64,000 bases of DNA from the sequence record DRR723986_1372. One strand, given 5' to 3'. A program made the position numbers and the translations under genes. This document shows, piece by piece, positions 50,691-60,752 of the stretch; the stretch's first letter is position 1; each line of letters starts with the position of its first letter. Below the pieces are notes generated by a model. That model did not search any database and was not told the DNA's origin. It saw nothing but the letters and a program-made list of their open reading frames with translations.

Positions 50691-52295
50691 ATGAAAGCAC
50701 AGAGGAAGGCAAGGATCACTAATAATAACAAGTTCAAATTCAACATTTTAGCGGGCAGCCTTTTGGCTGTTGTCAGCGTTGCGGCTTTGGCTTCTAGCCA
50801 CCGTGAAGCGCCCTCAATCACCACCACTCCGAAAGCAGACGGAACTGATTTTTACATGTTCCGCAGCTATGAGACCAACCGGTCTAATTTCATTACCTTG
50901 ATTGCCAATTACCAGCCCCTTCAAGATGGCTACGGTGGTCCGAATTATTTCTCGATGGATCCCAACGCGCTGTATGAAATCCACATTGACAACGATGGTG
51001 ATGCGCAGGAAGAAATCACGTTTCAGTTTAATTTCAGAAATAATCTCAAGGATATCGCGCTTCCGATTGGAAGCGGGAGTAACACGCCTTCGGTCAGCAT
51101 TCCCTTGATTCAAGCGGGTGCGGTGTCCACACTGTCAGATCCCAATTTGAATCTGAATGAAACCTACACCATGACAGTAGTGCGCGATGGGCGACGCAAC
51201 GGTAACCGTACTTTGGCGGCCAAAACCAGTGGGGGCAGCACCACGTTGGAAAAGCCGGTGGATTACATTGGTGAAAAAACCCTGGGCAATGCAGCGGCTT
51301 ATCAAAGCTATGCTGATGCGCACATTCACAATGTGACCATTCCTGGCTGTGCAGCAGGTACCAACCAGGCACGCGTGTTTGTAGGCCAGCGGCAGGAAGG
51401 TTTTGCAGTGAATTTGGGCACAATTTTTGATTTGGTGAATGCCCCGGCCAGTGCCATTTCGAATCGCAGCAGCGCAAACGCAAATGCGGCCGCTGTCAAT
51501 TCAATTCAAGACAAAAACATCACCAGCATTGCGCTGGAAATTCACAAGGATTGTTTGGCCCCCAGCACTGAAAAGGTAGTTGGTGGATGGACCACGGCCA
51601 GCTTGCGTCAAGTGCAAATTGGCGATGGTGTGCCTGCTCAAGGGCATCAAACTGCCGAGAAAGTGGGTGGTGCATGGGTACAGGTTTCCCGCCTTGGCAT
51701 GCCCTTGGTGAATGAGGTGGTGATTGGCTTGAAAGATAAGGACCGTTTCAATGCGTCAAAGCCCAGCGGCGATGGTCAGTTCCTGACCTATGTGTCTAAC
51801 CCCACTTTGCCGCAGCTGATCAGCATGGTTGTACCGGGGCTGCAAAATACAGCTCCGACCAACTTTCCGCGTACCGACCTGCTCAATGTATTTTTGGCGG
51901 GTATTGACGGTGTGAATCGCCCGGCAAATGTAACCTTGTCAGAAATGATGCGTTTGAACACGACAACACCACCAACACCGATTGCGAACCAGAACACGCT
52001 GGGGGTTGTTGGTGGCGATAGTGCGGGTTATCCAAATGGACGCAGACCAATTGATGACGTGGTCGACATTTCTCTGGTTGCAGTGATGGGCGGTTTGTGT
52101 GTGGCAAATGGTACCACCAACGGTCTTGGTCTCAATACGGTGCCAGGAACCAGTCTTACCTCGGCCTGTAACCCAAACAGCGTGCCCTTGGGACAAACAT
52201 CATTAACGCTTCATGATGCGGTGGCTCAGGAACAGGTTACGTTTTTGAGTCGTTTTCCATTCTTGAACACGCCAATTCCGGGTGCAAGGAATTAA
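50691..52295 (+). CDS. DUF4331 domain secreted protein
   Basis: ALA-SSHREAP, D.TDFYMFRSYE, ANY.PLQ..YGGPNYF, VFVGQR, QVSRLGMPLVNEV, GYPNGRR..DDVVDI. Confidence 0.9.
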   Translation: MKAQRKARITNNNKFKFNILAGSLLAVVSVAALASSHREAPSITTTPKADGTDFYMFRSYETNRSNFITLIANYQPLQDGYGGPNYFSMDPNALYEIHIDNDGDAQEEITFQFNFRNNLKDIALPIGSGSNTPSVSIPLIQAGAVSTLSDPNLNLNETYTMTVVRDGRRNGNRTLAAKTSGGSTTLEKPVDYIGEKTLGNAAAYQSYADAHIHNVTIPGCAAGTNQARVFVGQRQEGFAVNLGTIFDLVNAPASAISNRSSANANAAAVNSIQDKNITSIALEIHKDCLAPSTEKVVGGWTTASLRQVQIGDGVPAQGHQTAEKVGGAWVQVSRLGMPLVNEVVIGLKDKDRFNASKPSGDGQFLTYVSNPTLPQLISMVVPGLQNTAPTNFPRTDLLNVFLAGIDGVNRPANVTLSEMMRLNTTTPPTPIANQNTLGVVGGDSAGYPNGRRPIDDVVDISLVAVMGGLCVANGTTNGLGLNTVPGTSLTSACNPNSVPLGQTSLTLHDAVAQEQVTFLSRFPFLNTPIPGARN

Positions 52296-52316
52296 TTTCA
52301 TATCAAGGAGCTTTAA

Positions 52317-52556
52317 ATGAAACTGAAAAGCAAACTTGGATTGGCCACAGGCGCGGCTTTGCTGCTCACCTTGGGGGCCTGTGGAGGTGATGGCTCACCT
52401 TTTAACCTAGGTAGCGCGGCAGGTGACGGGAATATCAATGCATCTGAGGCGGGTGCCTTGGTGCGCAGCACTTCTGAAACCGGTGAACCTGAAAATGTCA
52501 GTAACCTGATGTTGGCGACCTCCGAAACAGCAGAGCCCTTCGATCTTCCAGACTAA
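52317..52556 (+). CDS. Small lipoprotein with duplicated TSET(G/A)EP motif
   Basis: RBS AAGGAG; lipobox LGAC; TSETGEP...TSETAEP. Confidence 0.8.
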   Translation: MKLKSKLGLATGAALLLTLGACGGDGSPFNLGSAAGDGNINASEAGALVRSTSETGEPENVSNLMLATSETAEPFDLPD

Positions 52557-52589
52557 TTACACAGCAAAAATTTGATACAGTATTTTAAG

Positions 52590-52624
52590 AATCCCGTAGC
52601 AAGTGTGGCTGCGGGATTTTTTTT
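52590..52624 (+). terminator. Terminator just upstream of the TonB receptor gene
   Basis: AATCCCGTAGC-loop-GCTGCGGGATT followed by a T run. Confidence 0.7.
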
Positions 52625-52638
52625 GGATGGATTTCTAC

Positions 52639-54720
52639 ATGAAATTGATTGTCTTTGGGTTGTGTGGTTTGGCCCTGATGCCGCGTATTTCCAGTGCCCA
52701 CGGCATTCATTTTGATTCCCAAGAGCTTGATGAAGTGTCGGTGACGGAAAGTATCGAGGCTATTCATACTTTGGGCGGAATCACCAGTTCCCAGGGCATA
52801 CTCGGTGTACGGCGATTGGCCAACCAGAATCCGGCAAGATCCTCGGATGTGCTGGAGGCTGTACCCGGTTTGAATGTGACCCAGCACTCTGGTGGTGGCA
52901 AAGCGAATCAATACTTTTTGCGTGGCTTCAGTCTTGATCACGGCACAGACTTGTCGATTAACTTTTTGGGTGCGCCCTTGAACCTGCCGGGTCACGCGCA
53001 CGGGCAGGGGTACGCAGATTCAAACATGATCATTCCCGAGTTGTTGTCTCGCGTGGAGTACCGCAAGGGCCCTTATTTTGCGCAAGACGGTGATTTCAGC
53101 TCTGCGGGATCTTTGAACATCGATTATGTGAGCGAGTTAAAAAGGGGATTGGCTTCATGGTCGGTGGGTGAATTTGGTTATCGGCGTGGTTTGTTGGCCA
53201 ATTCAGTGTCTTTCAATGAAGATCAAACCAAACTACTGTATGCCTTTGAGTTGACTGACAACGATGGTCCCTGGGAGGTCGCAGAGAATCAATACAAATA
53301 CAATGCGCTGTTGAAATTAAGTCATCGAATTGATTCAAGCAAACGCTTCGAGCTGCAATACTCAGGCTATGAATCACAATGGACGTCGACCGATCACATT
53401 CCAGTTGATGCGGTTAATCAGGGTTTGGTGGGTCGATTTGGAAGCCTTGACCCAACCGCGGGTGGAATCACGCAACGGCATGCTGTTTCAGGCAATTTCA
53501 CCCTGGCTTGGGATCAATCGATCACGCAGCTACGGGCTTACTTGGCGGATTACAAACTGAATCTTTTCAGCGATTTCACTTATGGGCTTAGGGACAACAC
53601 GGCGCTTGGCCGCCCGGGAGTGATTTCTGACCAGTTTAACCAGTTCGACAGCAGGGTGACCTTTGGTGGTGGAGTGACACACACCCTGTTTGAAAATTTG
53701 TCGTTCATGCGTTCCCAATTGGCGGTCGGGTTTGACTATCGGGTAGATGATGTGAACCCGGCGGGGCTCTACGACACAATTGCCCGAGAGCGATTGGCCA
53801 CTCGAAGCGAAGATTCTTTTGAGCAAAGCAATTTGGGTATTTTTGTCTCGCAGCAACTGCTTCCAGTGTCTTGGCTCAAACTGACTGGCGGCTTGCGATA
53901 TGACCAGTTCGATGTTGATTTAAACGGTCAGTTTGATGACGATGAAGACCTGACAACACCCAATGTGACGCGAAGTGGTTCTCGAAATGATCAGCAATTC
54001 AGCCCAAAGTTCAGCGCAAGCATTACTCCATTTGAACATGACACCGAGTTGTTTTTGTCCATTGGTCGGGGTTTTCACAGCAATGATCCCCGCGGTTTGT
54101 TCACAGCAAACCCTGTGGACTATATCGTGAATACCCGTGGCTCAGAGGTGGGTGTGAAAACTACCAATACCTCAAGAAATTTGAGTGCCTCCGCGACCTT
54201 GTTCCAGTTAGAGAGTGATTCTGAACTGGTTTTTGTCGGTGATGCTGGTACCACCGAACCCAGGGGGGCGACCAAGCGGAACGGGCTTGAATTGATTGCA
54301 AGTTATTTCAACAAAACCGGCTTTGAAATTGATGGCTTCGTGACTCTTGTGGATGCTCGTTTTGTCGGTGTGCAAGACAATGGTATTCCCAACGCGATAG
54401 AGGAGTCTGCGGCCGTGTCGTTGGGTCAAACCTGGGGTAATTTCAAAGTGGGTTACAAGTTGAAATATGTGGGGAGCGCGCCTTTGGTGGAAGACCGGAG
54501 CATTGAATCGGACTCAGTGATCAATTCGGATCTGTTCTTCAACTTCAAGGTGAACAAAGATCTCAGTTTGAATTTGTCCATATTCAATTTGTTCGACCGG
54601 GACAATAGCGACATTCAGTATGCGCAGGATTATTTTCTCGCAGGGAGCCCGGCGTTTGGAAAAACTTTTCATCCATCTCTGCCACGGCATGTTCGGCTAA
54701 CAGCCAATTTACAGTTCTGA
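52639..54720 (+). CDS. TonB-dependent receptor
   Basis: LDEVSVT TonB box; EAVPGL.VTQHSGGGKANQYFLRGF.LDHGTD; GFHSND.R; C-terminal Phe. Confidence 0.92.
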   Translation: MKLIVFGLCGLALMPRISSAHGIHFDSQELDEVSVTESIEAIHTLGGITSSQGILGVRRLANQNPARSSDVLEAVPGLNVTQHSGGGKANQYFLRGFSLDHGTDLSINFLGAPLNLPGHAHGQGYADSNMIIPELLSRVEYRKGPYFAQDGDFSSAGSLNIDYVSELKRGLASWSVGEFGYRRGLLANSVSFNEDQTKLLYAFELTDNDGPWEVAENQYKYNALLKLSHRIDSSKRFELQYSGYESQWTSTDHIPVDAVNQGLVGRFGSLDPTAGGITQRHAVSGNFTLAWDQSITQLRAYLADYKLNLFSDFTYGLRDNTALGRPGVISDQFNQFDSRVTFGGGVTHTLFENLSFMRSQLAVGFDYRVDDVNPAGLYDTIARERLATRSEDSFEQSNLGIFVSQQLLPVSWLKLTGGLRYDQFDVDLNGQFDDDEDLTTPNVTRSGSRNDQQFSPKFSASITPFEHDTELFLSIGRGFHSNDPRGLFTANPVDYIVNTRGSEVGVKTTNTSRNLSASATLFQLESDSELVFVGDAGTTEPRGATKRNGLELIASYFNKTGFEIDGFVTLVDARFVGVQDNGIPNAIEESAAVSLGQTWGNFKVGYKLKYVGSAPLVEDRSIESDSVINSDLFFNFKVNKDLSLNLSIFNLFDRDNSDIQYAQDYFLAGSPAFGKTFHPSLPRHVRLTANLQF

Positions 54721-54732
54721 GTGCGTTTAGTT

Positions 54733-55428
54733 TCAACGAGGTTCAAGGATGACCGACAAAAACTGGCTTTTGTAAGCACTGCCTTTTTCTTCGGTGATCA
54801 AGGCTCGAAGCAGCGCTTTGCTCTTGGGTTGTAACAGCAAAGTGACTTTGCCGCTTGCATCGGTTCTCGACCACAGGGTTACTGGCGTTTCGGGATACTC
54901 AAGGCCGACGGGAAGCTGCACCAAGGGCTTGCCGTTCTTGTAAACATAAATTGTGGAAGCGTCGCCGGGTAGCGTGATGAATTGGGCAAGTTCCGGGTTG
55001 TACAAATCACTGTCTTTTTCAATGGGTTTGATTTGTGCAGCTTTAAAATATTCTTCGTTGAATTTGTCGCTTTTCAACACTTTGTTGACCAAGGCTTTGT
55101 CCACCTTGTTCTCATCAAAATGTTGCGCACCCTGCTGCGGTGAAAGCTCGATCTTGCTGGTTTTCAAAATGGCGAGGCAGTTGGCGGGGCGCTCTTCGTA
55201 CACATAGCGAATACTGTTGTCATTGAATGGCAAGCCAAACACCTCGCCTTTGCCACCAACACATCTTACAGAGTCTACATATTCACCCTTGACTGTAATT
55301 TCCTTTGCGGGGAAATTGTGCCCTGTGGACAATCCGAGGCTTTGTTCACCAACGTCAATCCAGGTGAGGTGGGCCATGGCTGGAGCACTTGCACTAACAA
55401 ACAGCAAAACAATCAGTTTCTTTAACAC
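54733..55428 (-). CDS. DUF4198-like periplasmic protein (putative metal binding)
   Basis: Signal AMA-HLTW; GH.FP; GKPL; RTDASGKV; GTG start with RBS GAGG. Confidence 0.65.
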   Translation of the reverse strand: MLKKLIVLLFVSASAPAMAHLTWIDVGEQSLGLSTGHNFPAKEITVKGEYVDSVRCVGGKGEVFGLPFNDNSIRYVYEERPANCLAILKTSKIELSPQQGAQHFDENKVDKALVNKVLKSDKFNEEYFKAAQIKPIEKDSDLYNPELAQFITLPGDASTIYVYKNGKPLVQLPVGLEYPETPVTLWSRTDASGKVTLLLQPKSKALLRALITEEKGSAYKSQFLSVILEPR

Positions 55429-55485
55429 GGGAACCTCGATACAGCAGGTTAGAATCACTCAACACTACTACACATCGGAACGAAC

Positions 55486-56523
55486 ATGGCGAAAACCAGC
55501 GCTGACCAACACAAAGATTTGGCCTCGCAATTGCTTGAAGCGGAAGTGGCTTTCTGGCTGCAAAACCTGAAGGGTAAAAAGTTTCAGAGTTTGTTGGCCG
55601 ATGAGTTGAATCATGTGCTTGCCCGGCTAGAGCATATTCGCTTGCGTGACGCTGTGGATGAAGCCAAAGTCAAAGGCACCGCCCAGCGTTATGCGGTTGA
55701 AATGGAAATTGGTGGCGCAATACCCGAACTGTTTGGCGAAATTGCGAATCGCATTTTTGAGTTTCCAGCCAGCCGAACCACGAAAATTGGCGAGGTCGTG
55801 TCAGATTCAATCGCAACAGAATTCATTGAGAAATTGTTTGAGCAGGACGGCGTACTGGATCATGCTGTTACCAATATTCGAAACAGCACACCGTTTCGAC
55901 ATTTTCTGTCCGACGTTATTTTCACGGTGCTCAAAGGCTATGTGTTTGAGCAAAACAATCTGATGAAATTTTCCACTGTGGCCAGCAGCACCCGCAAGGT
56001 GCGAGAGTGGCTTAGCACCAAGGCACCTGATTTGTCAGAAGGCCTGGAAGACCGGGTGCGCAACCTAATGGAAAGTGGTGTGAAAAGTTCACTGGAAATG
56101 GTGGATGAAACCTTGGACAACGAGCAGTACCGCGAAACTGCCATGAACAGCGCTCTGGCTTTTTGGGATGTGGTTCGTGAATGGCCTTTGACCGCTTACC
56201 GAGATTACCTGACTGAGCAGGATCTTCAGGAATTCATGGTGCTGGGTTATGAATTCTGGCTTGAGTTCCGCAACACGGAGTACCTGAAGTCGTGCATTGA
56301 TCTGGGCGTGGATTTCTTCTTTGAGAAGTATGGAGATCAGTCTTTGCAAGACCTCCTCGATGACATCGGCATCAGCCACGAGATGATTGCGGATGAGCTT
56401 GAAAACTACCTCCCCGACCTCGCGACATTATTGATCAAGGAAGGGCTGGCGGAGGGTTTTCTGCGCCGCAACCTCCAGCGTTTCTACAGCAGCAAGAAGG
56501 TGCAAGACCTTCTTGCCGGTTAA
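55486..56523 (+). CDS. Hypothetical acidic helical protein
   Basis: 345-aa ORF with normal codon style; no recognised motif. Confidence 0.75.
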   Translation: MAKTSADQHKDLASQLLEAEVAFWLQNLKGKKFQSLLADELNHVLARLEHIRLRDAVDEAKVKGTAQRYAVEMEIGGAIPELFGEIANRIFEFPASRTTKIGEVVSDSIATEFIEKLFEQDGVLDHAVTNIRNSTPFRHFLSDVIFTVLKGYVFEQNNLMKFSTVASSTRKVREWLSTKAPDLSEGLEDRVRNLMESGVKSSLEMVDETLDNEQYRETAMNSALAFWDVVREWPLTAYRDYLTEQDLQEFMVLGYEFWLEFRNTEYLKSCIDLGVDFFFEKYGDQSLQDLLDDIGISHEMIADELENYLPDLATLLIKEGLAEGFLRRNLQRFYSSKKVQDLLAG

Positions 56524-56527
56524 CCGT

Positions 56528-58675
56528 TCAAAGGTTTCCTGTACTGGTACCAGCAGGCAAGTTCAATACCTTGCCATTGCTGAAATTCAGCACCACGGGG
56601 CCGTCTGACACCACGGTATAAGCGGCACCGTTTCTCAGGCAGCTCGCAGTGGTGTCAATGCGCATCGACGCGACATTACTCAGCATTGCCGTAAAACGGT
56701 TCTCGCTTGCAGCCTGAACAGGTTCGCCCATCAGCCTGCGGAAGGTTTGAATAAAGGGAACAGGGCCATTGCCGGCAGTTTGCCCGTTTTCAAAGTTGCT
56801 GACGTTGCGAGCACAGGCAAAACTTTCGACATCTGTTGAAACATCACCTTCTGCTCGGCCTTTGATGTTGCTCAGCCAATACGCCTTGTCATGCTTGATT
56901 TCGTATTCAGGGTAAGCAAATGCCTCATTGGTTTTGAAGGTGATGCGACCTGGGTTTTTGACCCGTTTCAGGTTGCGGGTGAACTCGGCTTCTTTTGTCC
57001 ACTCGTCCAGCGCGATCAATGTGAGGTGCTCAGCCAACAGGTGCATGTAAAACTCGTACCGCACTCCATCGGTTTGGCTCAGTTTCAAAGCCCAGTCCAG
57101 CCCGGTGTTTACTTGAACCAATTCATCCAGTGCTCCGTAGGAATGAGTGCCAGGAATATGGCGCAAATTGCCCAGGTAGTTGCTGATGTTTCCCACGCCG
57201 CCAATGGTGCTGCTCACTGGCAGGGCAAAGGGCAGGGCGCTGTTCAAGGCCTGTTCACCTTGAATCAGCACGTCGCCAATCAGCGGGGTATTCAGAATGC
57301 TGCCGGTAAATCCCACCCAGTTACTCAATCCAGCAAAACGCTCAGGGTACAGCGCTGCGAGGCGAGTGGAGCCATAGCCCCCCATGGAATAACCGCCCAC
57401 CAAAACGCGGTCTTCATCAATATTGAAGGTGTCTAACGCATCGTCCAGCACATCGAGCACATCGCGTTCAGACAAACCGGAATAAAACCCATAAGGACCG
57501 CGTCCCAATGGCGAGATCAACACGCGGTCGAGTGCATCGCCAAACTGGGCCTGCATGCCCGGCTGGTTGATCTGGCTGGCGTGGTTGGCCTCACAACCAT
57601 GCAGTATCATTTGCAGGCTGCGTAGGTCGTCAAAATTGCCGTTCTTGGGAATGTATACACCGTAGGGTTGGTACTTGCCCACGAAATGGAAATACTGCCC
57701 ACAGAAGCGGCTGTTGGTCTCTGGGCTTGAGGATTCAGCCTGCAGCACCATGCCTTCGCCTGTGGAATTTGGCGCGGTGTATTTCGAGGTGTAAACCCTT
57801 TGTTTGAAACCTGCGTCCACCGCCGCCTTTTCAGTGATGCCCGGTGTCAGTTTTCGGCGATCGACCAGTGCAAAAAACTGGCCAATGTCCCCTGCAGCCA
57901 AGGCAGCAGCCTGTTTGTCTTCCCACCAATTGCCTTTGTTGGGCAGCACTTGCGACGGTATCGTACCTTCAGCTCCGGCTTCTTCATCCGGACCCCGGAA
58001 AGCCACATTCATGACTTCGCCACTGCTTTGAGCCGTGACCGCCCAGACTTTGAACAGGTTGCTGCTCGGGGCCGGGAATGTACCTGTAATTGTATTGGTG
58101 TCCGTGTTGCCCGTGGTGAACTCATAGACCACATCTGCACCTTGCACGGTCAATCCCATCAAGGTTTCGCTGCCCGTCGCCGGGTTGTTGTCGGTGTCGA
58201 CGGCAAGGGCCGCAATGGTTTGACCTGCCTCATACAGGGCATTCATCTCAAAGCTTGCAGTGAGCGTGTTGCCTTGTCGGCTAATCCGAAGCTCGACCAA
58301 GTCAGCAGTGCTTTCTGCGCCTGTCGGGTAACGTGAATCGCCCGCCGTGGGCGACAACAAACCGGGAGTGTTGGCCAGGGGGTTGCCCATTTGCCCGGCA
58401 CGGCTGGCCAGGTTCAGCAAGGCGGGGCTGGGGGAAATCAGGCCTGTGTCCGCGCCGTAATCGTCGTACACATAGTCACGGTAAACCAATACCCCGTTGC
58501 AAATTTCGGTGACGCCTGCAAACCAGGATTGCTCACTGCACTGCGCTGTCTCTTGCGGGTTGACTGGTGTACCAGTGCCTGGGTTATTGGAAATTGCGGA
58601 GTCTTCGCTGCTGCAGGAAATCAGCAGCGCGCTAAAGCTTAAAGCGATCAGTGTTTTTCGGGATGTACAGGGCAC
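56528..58675 (-). CDS. Lipoprotein with S9/esterase-type alpha/beta hydrolase domain
   Basis: Lipobox LISC; LHG, GYSMGGYG, G.LDELV, AEH. Confidence 0.75.
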   Translation of the reverse strand: MPCTSRKTLIALSFSALLISCSSEDSAISNNPGTGTPVNPQETAQCSEQSWFAGVTEICNGVLVYRDYVYDDYGADTGLISPSPALLNLASRAGQMGNPLANTPGLLSPTAGDSRYPTGAESTADLVELRISRQGNTLTASFEMNALYEAGQTIAALAVDTDNNPATGSETLMGLTVQGADVVYEFTTGNTDTNTITGTFPAPSSNLFKVWAVTAQSSGEVMNVAFRGPDEEAGAEGTIPSQVLPNKGNWWEDKQAAALAAGDIGQFFALVDRRKLTPGITEKAAVDAGFKQRVYTSKYTAPNSTGEGMVLQAESSSPETNSRFCGQYFHFVGKYQPYGVYIPKNGNFDDLRSLQMILHGCEANHASQINQPGMQAQFGDALDRVLISPLGRGPYGFYSGLSERDVLDVLDDALDTFNIDEDRVLVGGYSMGGYGSTRLAALYPERFAGLSNWVGFTGSILNTPLIGDVLIQGEQALNSALPFALPVSSTIGGVGNISNYLGNLRHIPGTHSYGALDELVQVNTGLDWALKLSQTDGVRYEFYMHLLAEHLTLIALDEWTKEAEFTRNLKRVKNPGRITFKTNEAFAYPEYEIKHDKAYWLSNIKGRAEGDVSTDVESFACARNVSNFENGQTAGNGPVPFIQTFRRLMGEPVQAASENRFTAMLSNVASMRIDTTASCLRNGAAYTVVSDGPVVLNFSNGKVLNLPAGTSTGNL

Positions 58676-58751
58676 AGTAAAAGTCCAAAAGTGAATTGGG
58701 TCTAAGGAACTTTTACTTCAGTAAAGTACTGATGGATTCAAGAGGGGGGGG

Positions 58752-59639
58752 TTAATTGTTGCTGGCCAAAATTTGAAAATCCTTCGCCCAACCCGCTGCA
58801 CGATCGGCGGCGTTGTTGCGTTGTTCTGCGGTGGCTGAATTAAGAACATCAACAATCAATGCTATGGTCGCCTTTTGCCGCTGTTCGCTTTGCTGCCGCT
58901 CAACCACAGTGGCTGGGGTTTGCCAGGCATTGAGCAGGCGCGCAATTTCCCGGCTTAACGTGACCTGATCAATTTGTCGGTTCGCTGCTTTGTTCACAAG
59001 GGTCATGAATTGCTGCTGCCGCTCAAGCCGTTTGTCATATCGCGATTGGGACCAGTGAATTTCGCTTTGTGCCCATGCTTCGATTTGCTTCACTTGTACC
59101 GGGTTCAATGAGCCTAACCAACGCTCGAAACGTTCCTTCATGCGTTCGGCGGATTCGCGCACTCGTTCATCGGTGTTTTGCATCAAGCGTTCTTCACGAT
59201 ATTCGGTGTTGGATTTCTCCAGCGCTTTTTGAATGTCGGACACCTGGTTGGGCCACAGGCCCAACATGTTTTTTGCAATTAAAGGAGCTGCTTCCTCGGC
59301 GGTGCGCTTGAGCGAGGCTCTAATCGCCATGTTCAGTTGTTGTACCTCGTCTGCATTCACTGGCCTGATTACGCCATTGCGCGCCGCCAGAGCTTGCCGG
59401 GCATTTTGCAGTTCATTGGCGAGTACTGGAAGTTCGGCGCTTCGATGCCACGCTACGATTTTGTTCAAACTGGTTTTTAACAAAGCCGACTGCTCGGAAT
59501 CGAAGTCGACTTTGCTGGTGAGGTAAGTGTGGGCAAAGCTGGCCGAGTTGTTGTATCCCAGTTTAATGGCGCTGCATGCGCCCAACAGGGATAAAAACGC
59601 CATGAGCAAATAGGTTCGGGTTCGAATCACCGCTTTCAT
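58752..59639 (-). CDS. DUF6279 family lipoprotein
   Basis: LGACS.IKLGYNN, WHR..ELP, W.GSL...Q. Confidence 0.78.
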   Translation of the reverse strand: MKAVIRTRTYLLMAFLSLLGACSAIKLGYNNSASFAHTYLTSKVDFDSEQSALLKTSLNKIVAWHRSAELPVLANELQNARQALAARNGVIRPVNADEVQQLNMAIRASLKRTAEEAAPLIAKNMLGLWPNQVSDIQKALEKSNTEYREERLMQNTDERVRESAERMKERFERWLGSLNPVQVKQIEAWAQSEIHWSQSRYDKRLERQQQFMTLVNKAANRQIDQVTLSREIARLLNAWQTPATVVERQQSEQRQKATIALIVDVLNSATAEQRNNAADRAAGWAKDFQILASNN

Positions 59640-59700
59640 CGCAAATTACGCTATCTGGGAAATTGCCACAGTGAGTGTGACCCTAGTCTGGTTCATTCGT

Positions 59701-60270
59701 TCACTGTGTCTTGAAGTCCAAAGCCCAGTTTGGCAGGGGATGAACAAATTGTTGAAAGGTACCACCTTGAATCCGAAGAACTTTTTGATAGGGTTGCTGT
59801 GCGCTTGAATTGTCGAGCACCCACACATCGTCGCACAGGGCCAGGGCCGCCAATACATTGTCAATTGTTCTCGGAATTCGAGATTCAATTTTTTCGTCAG
59901 GCACGGCATGCCCTCCTTTTTCAATGCGTTGAAGTACGCGGGCTTTGTTCAGCCCGTGATGTTCCAGGTGGATAAAGACCATCACGACTTGATAGTCGAG
60001 TGCTTTGGCTTTAGCCACAAAGTCAATTTTGGAGGGATGGGAAAACACGGTTTCAAAGCAAAAATTCTTGCCTTGTTCAAGCAAATTATTGCGCAGGTTT
60101 TCGGCAATTTTTGCAGCTTCGTAACTGTGTTGCTCGGGTGCATGGGGAAATACATCACGGGCAATGTCGTCTGCATTGACAAACGGCATACCCAAAGGCT
60201 TTAACTGGGTGCGGTAAAAAGTCGATTTTCCAGCGCCATTGCCGCCCACCAGCAGCCACAGTTGCTTCAT
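59701..60270 (-). CDS. Zeta-toxin-like P-loop kinase/ATPase
   Basis: GGNGAGKST, FVNADDIA, FETVFSH.SK, RV..R...GGH.VP, DNS. Confidence 0.82.
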   Translation of the reverse strand: MKQLWLLVGGNGAGKSTFYRTQLKPLGMPFVNADDIARDVFPHAPEQHSYEAAKIAENLRNNLLEQGKNFCFETVFSHPSKIDFVAKAKALDYQVVMVFIHLEHHGLNKARVLQRIEKGGHAVPDEKIESRIPRTIDNVLAALALCDDVWVLDNSSAQQPYQKVLRIQGGTFQQFVHPLPNWALDFKTQ

Positions 60271-60677
60271 GCCAGCTTGACAGGCTTGAACTGACCATTT
60301 TCAAATTGACCGATCTTGATTGTGCCCTTGGGGCCAATTTGCTCGAGCAGGCCGGGGTGGGTAACACTGGCTTGATAGCGAACCTTGTTGTGGCTCACTT
60401 CGTTTATCAACTCACCGGTGGTGCGCTTCATGTCCAAATTACCAAATACCCAGTCGGCGCTGACTGGTGGCGCATTGACCTGTTCCAGTTTGACGCGCAA
60501 CAGTCCTGCTTTAATTTGCAGCAACGTCTCCGGGTCTAGCAAACTCTCCACTTTTTGTCCGATGCTGGCCCAATATTCGATTTGCTCGGCCGCGCTGCGG
60601 TGATGGAGCTTGCCTAATACCGCAGCATTGCTCATCAAATCAGACTGGATCCGAATGGGTGAAGAGGCTTTGGCCAT
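60267..60677 (-). CDS. ParD-like family antitoxin
   Basis: SPIRI..DL...A......HRS.AEQIEYWASIG; ATGA overlap with the toxin gene. Confidence 0.8.
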   Translation of the reverse strand: MAKASSPIRIQSDLMSNAAVLGKLHHRSAAEQIEYWASIGQKVESLLDPETLLQIKAGLLRVKLEQVNAPPVSADWVFGNLDMKRTTGELINEVSHNKVRYQASVTHPGLLEQIGPKGTIKIGQFENGQFKPVKLA

Positions 60678-60710
60678 GATGTACTTCCTGATCAGCGCAT
60701 TAAATAAGTC

Positions 60711-60735
60711 AAATTGTAGCATTCTGCTACAATTT
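60711..60735. promoter_or_regulatory. TA operon operator palindrome
   Basis: AAATTGTAGCA-TTC-TGCTACAATTT (11-bp perfect arms). Confidence 0.65.
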
Positions 60736-60752
60736 AGACAATTGGCTGGAGC

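Noticed and set aside
58744-58751. G8 tract as a phase-variation site
   Set aside because: Short, intergenic, with no demonstrable promoter overlap
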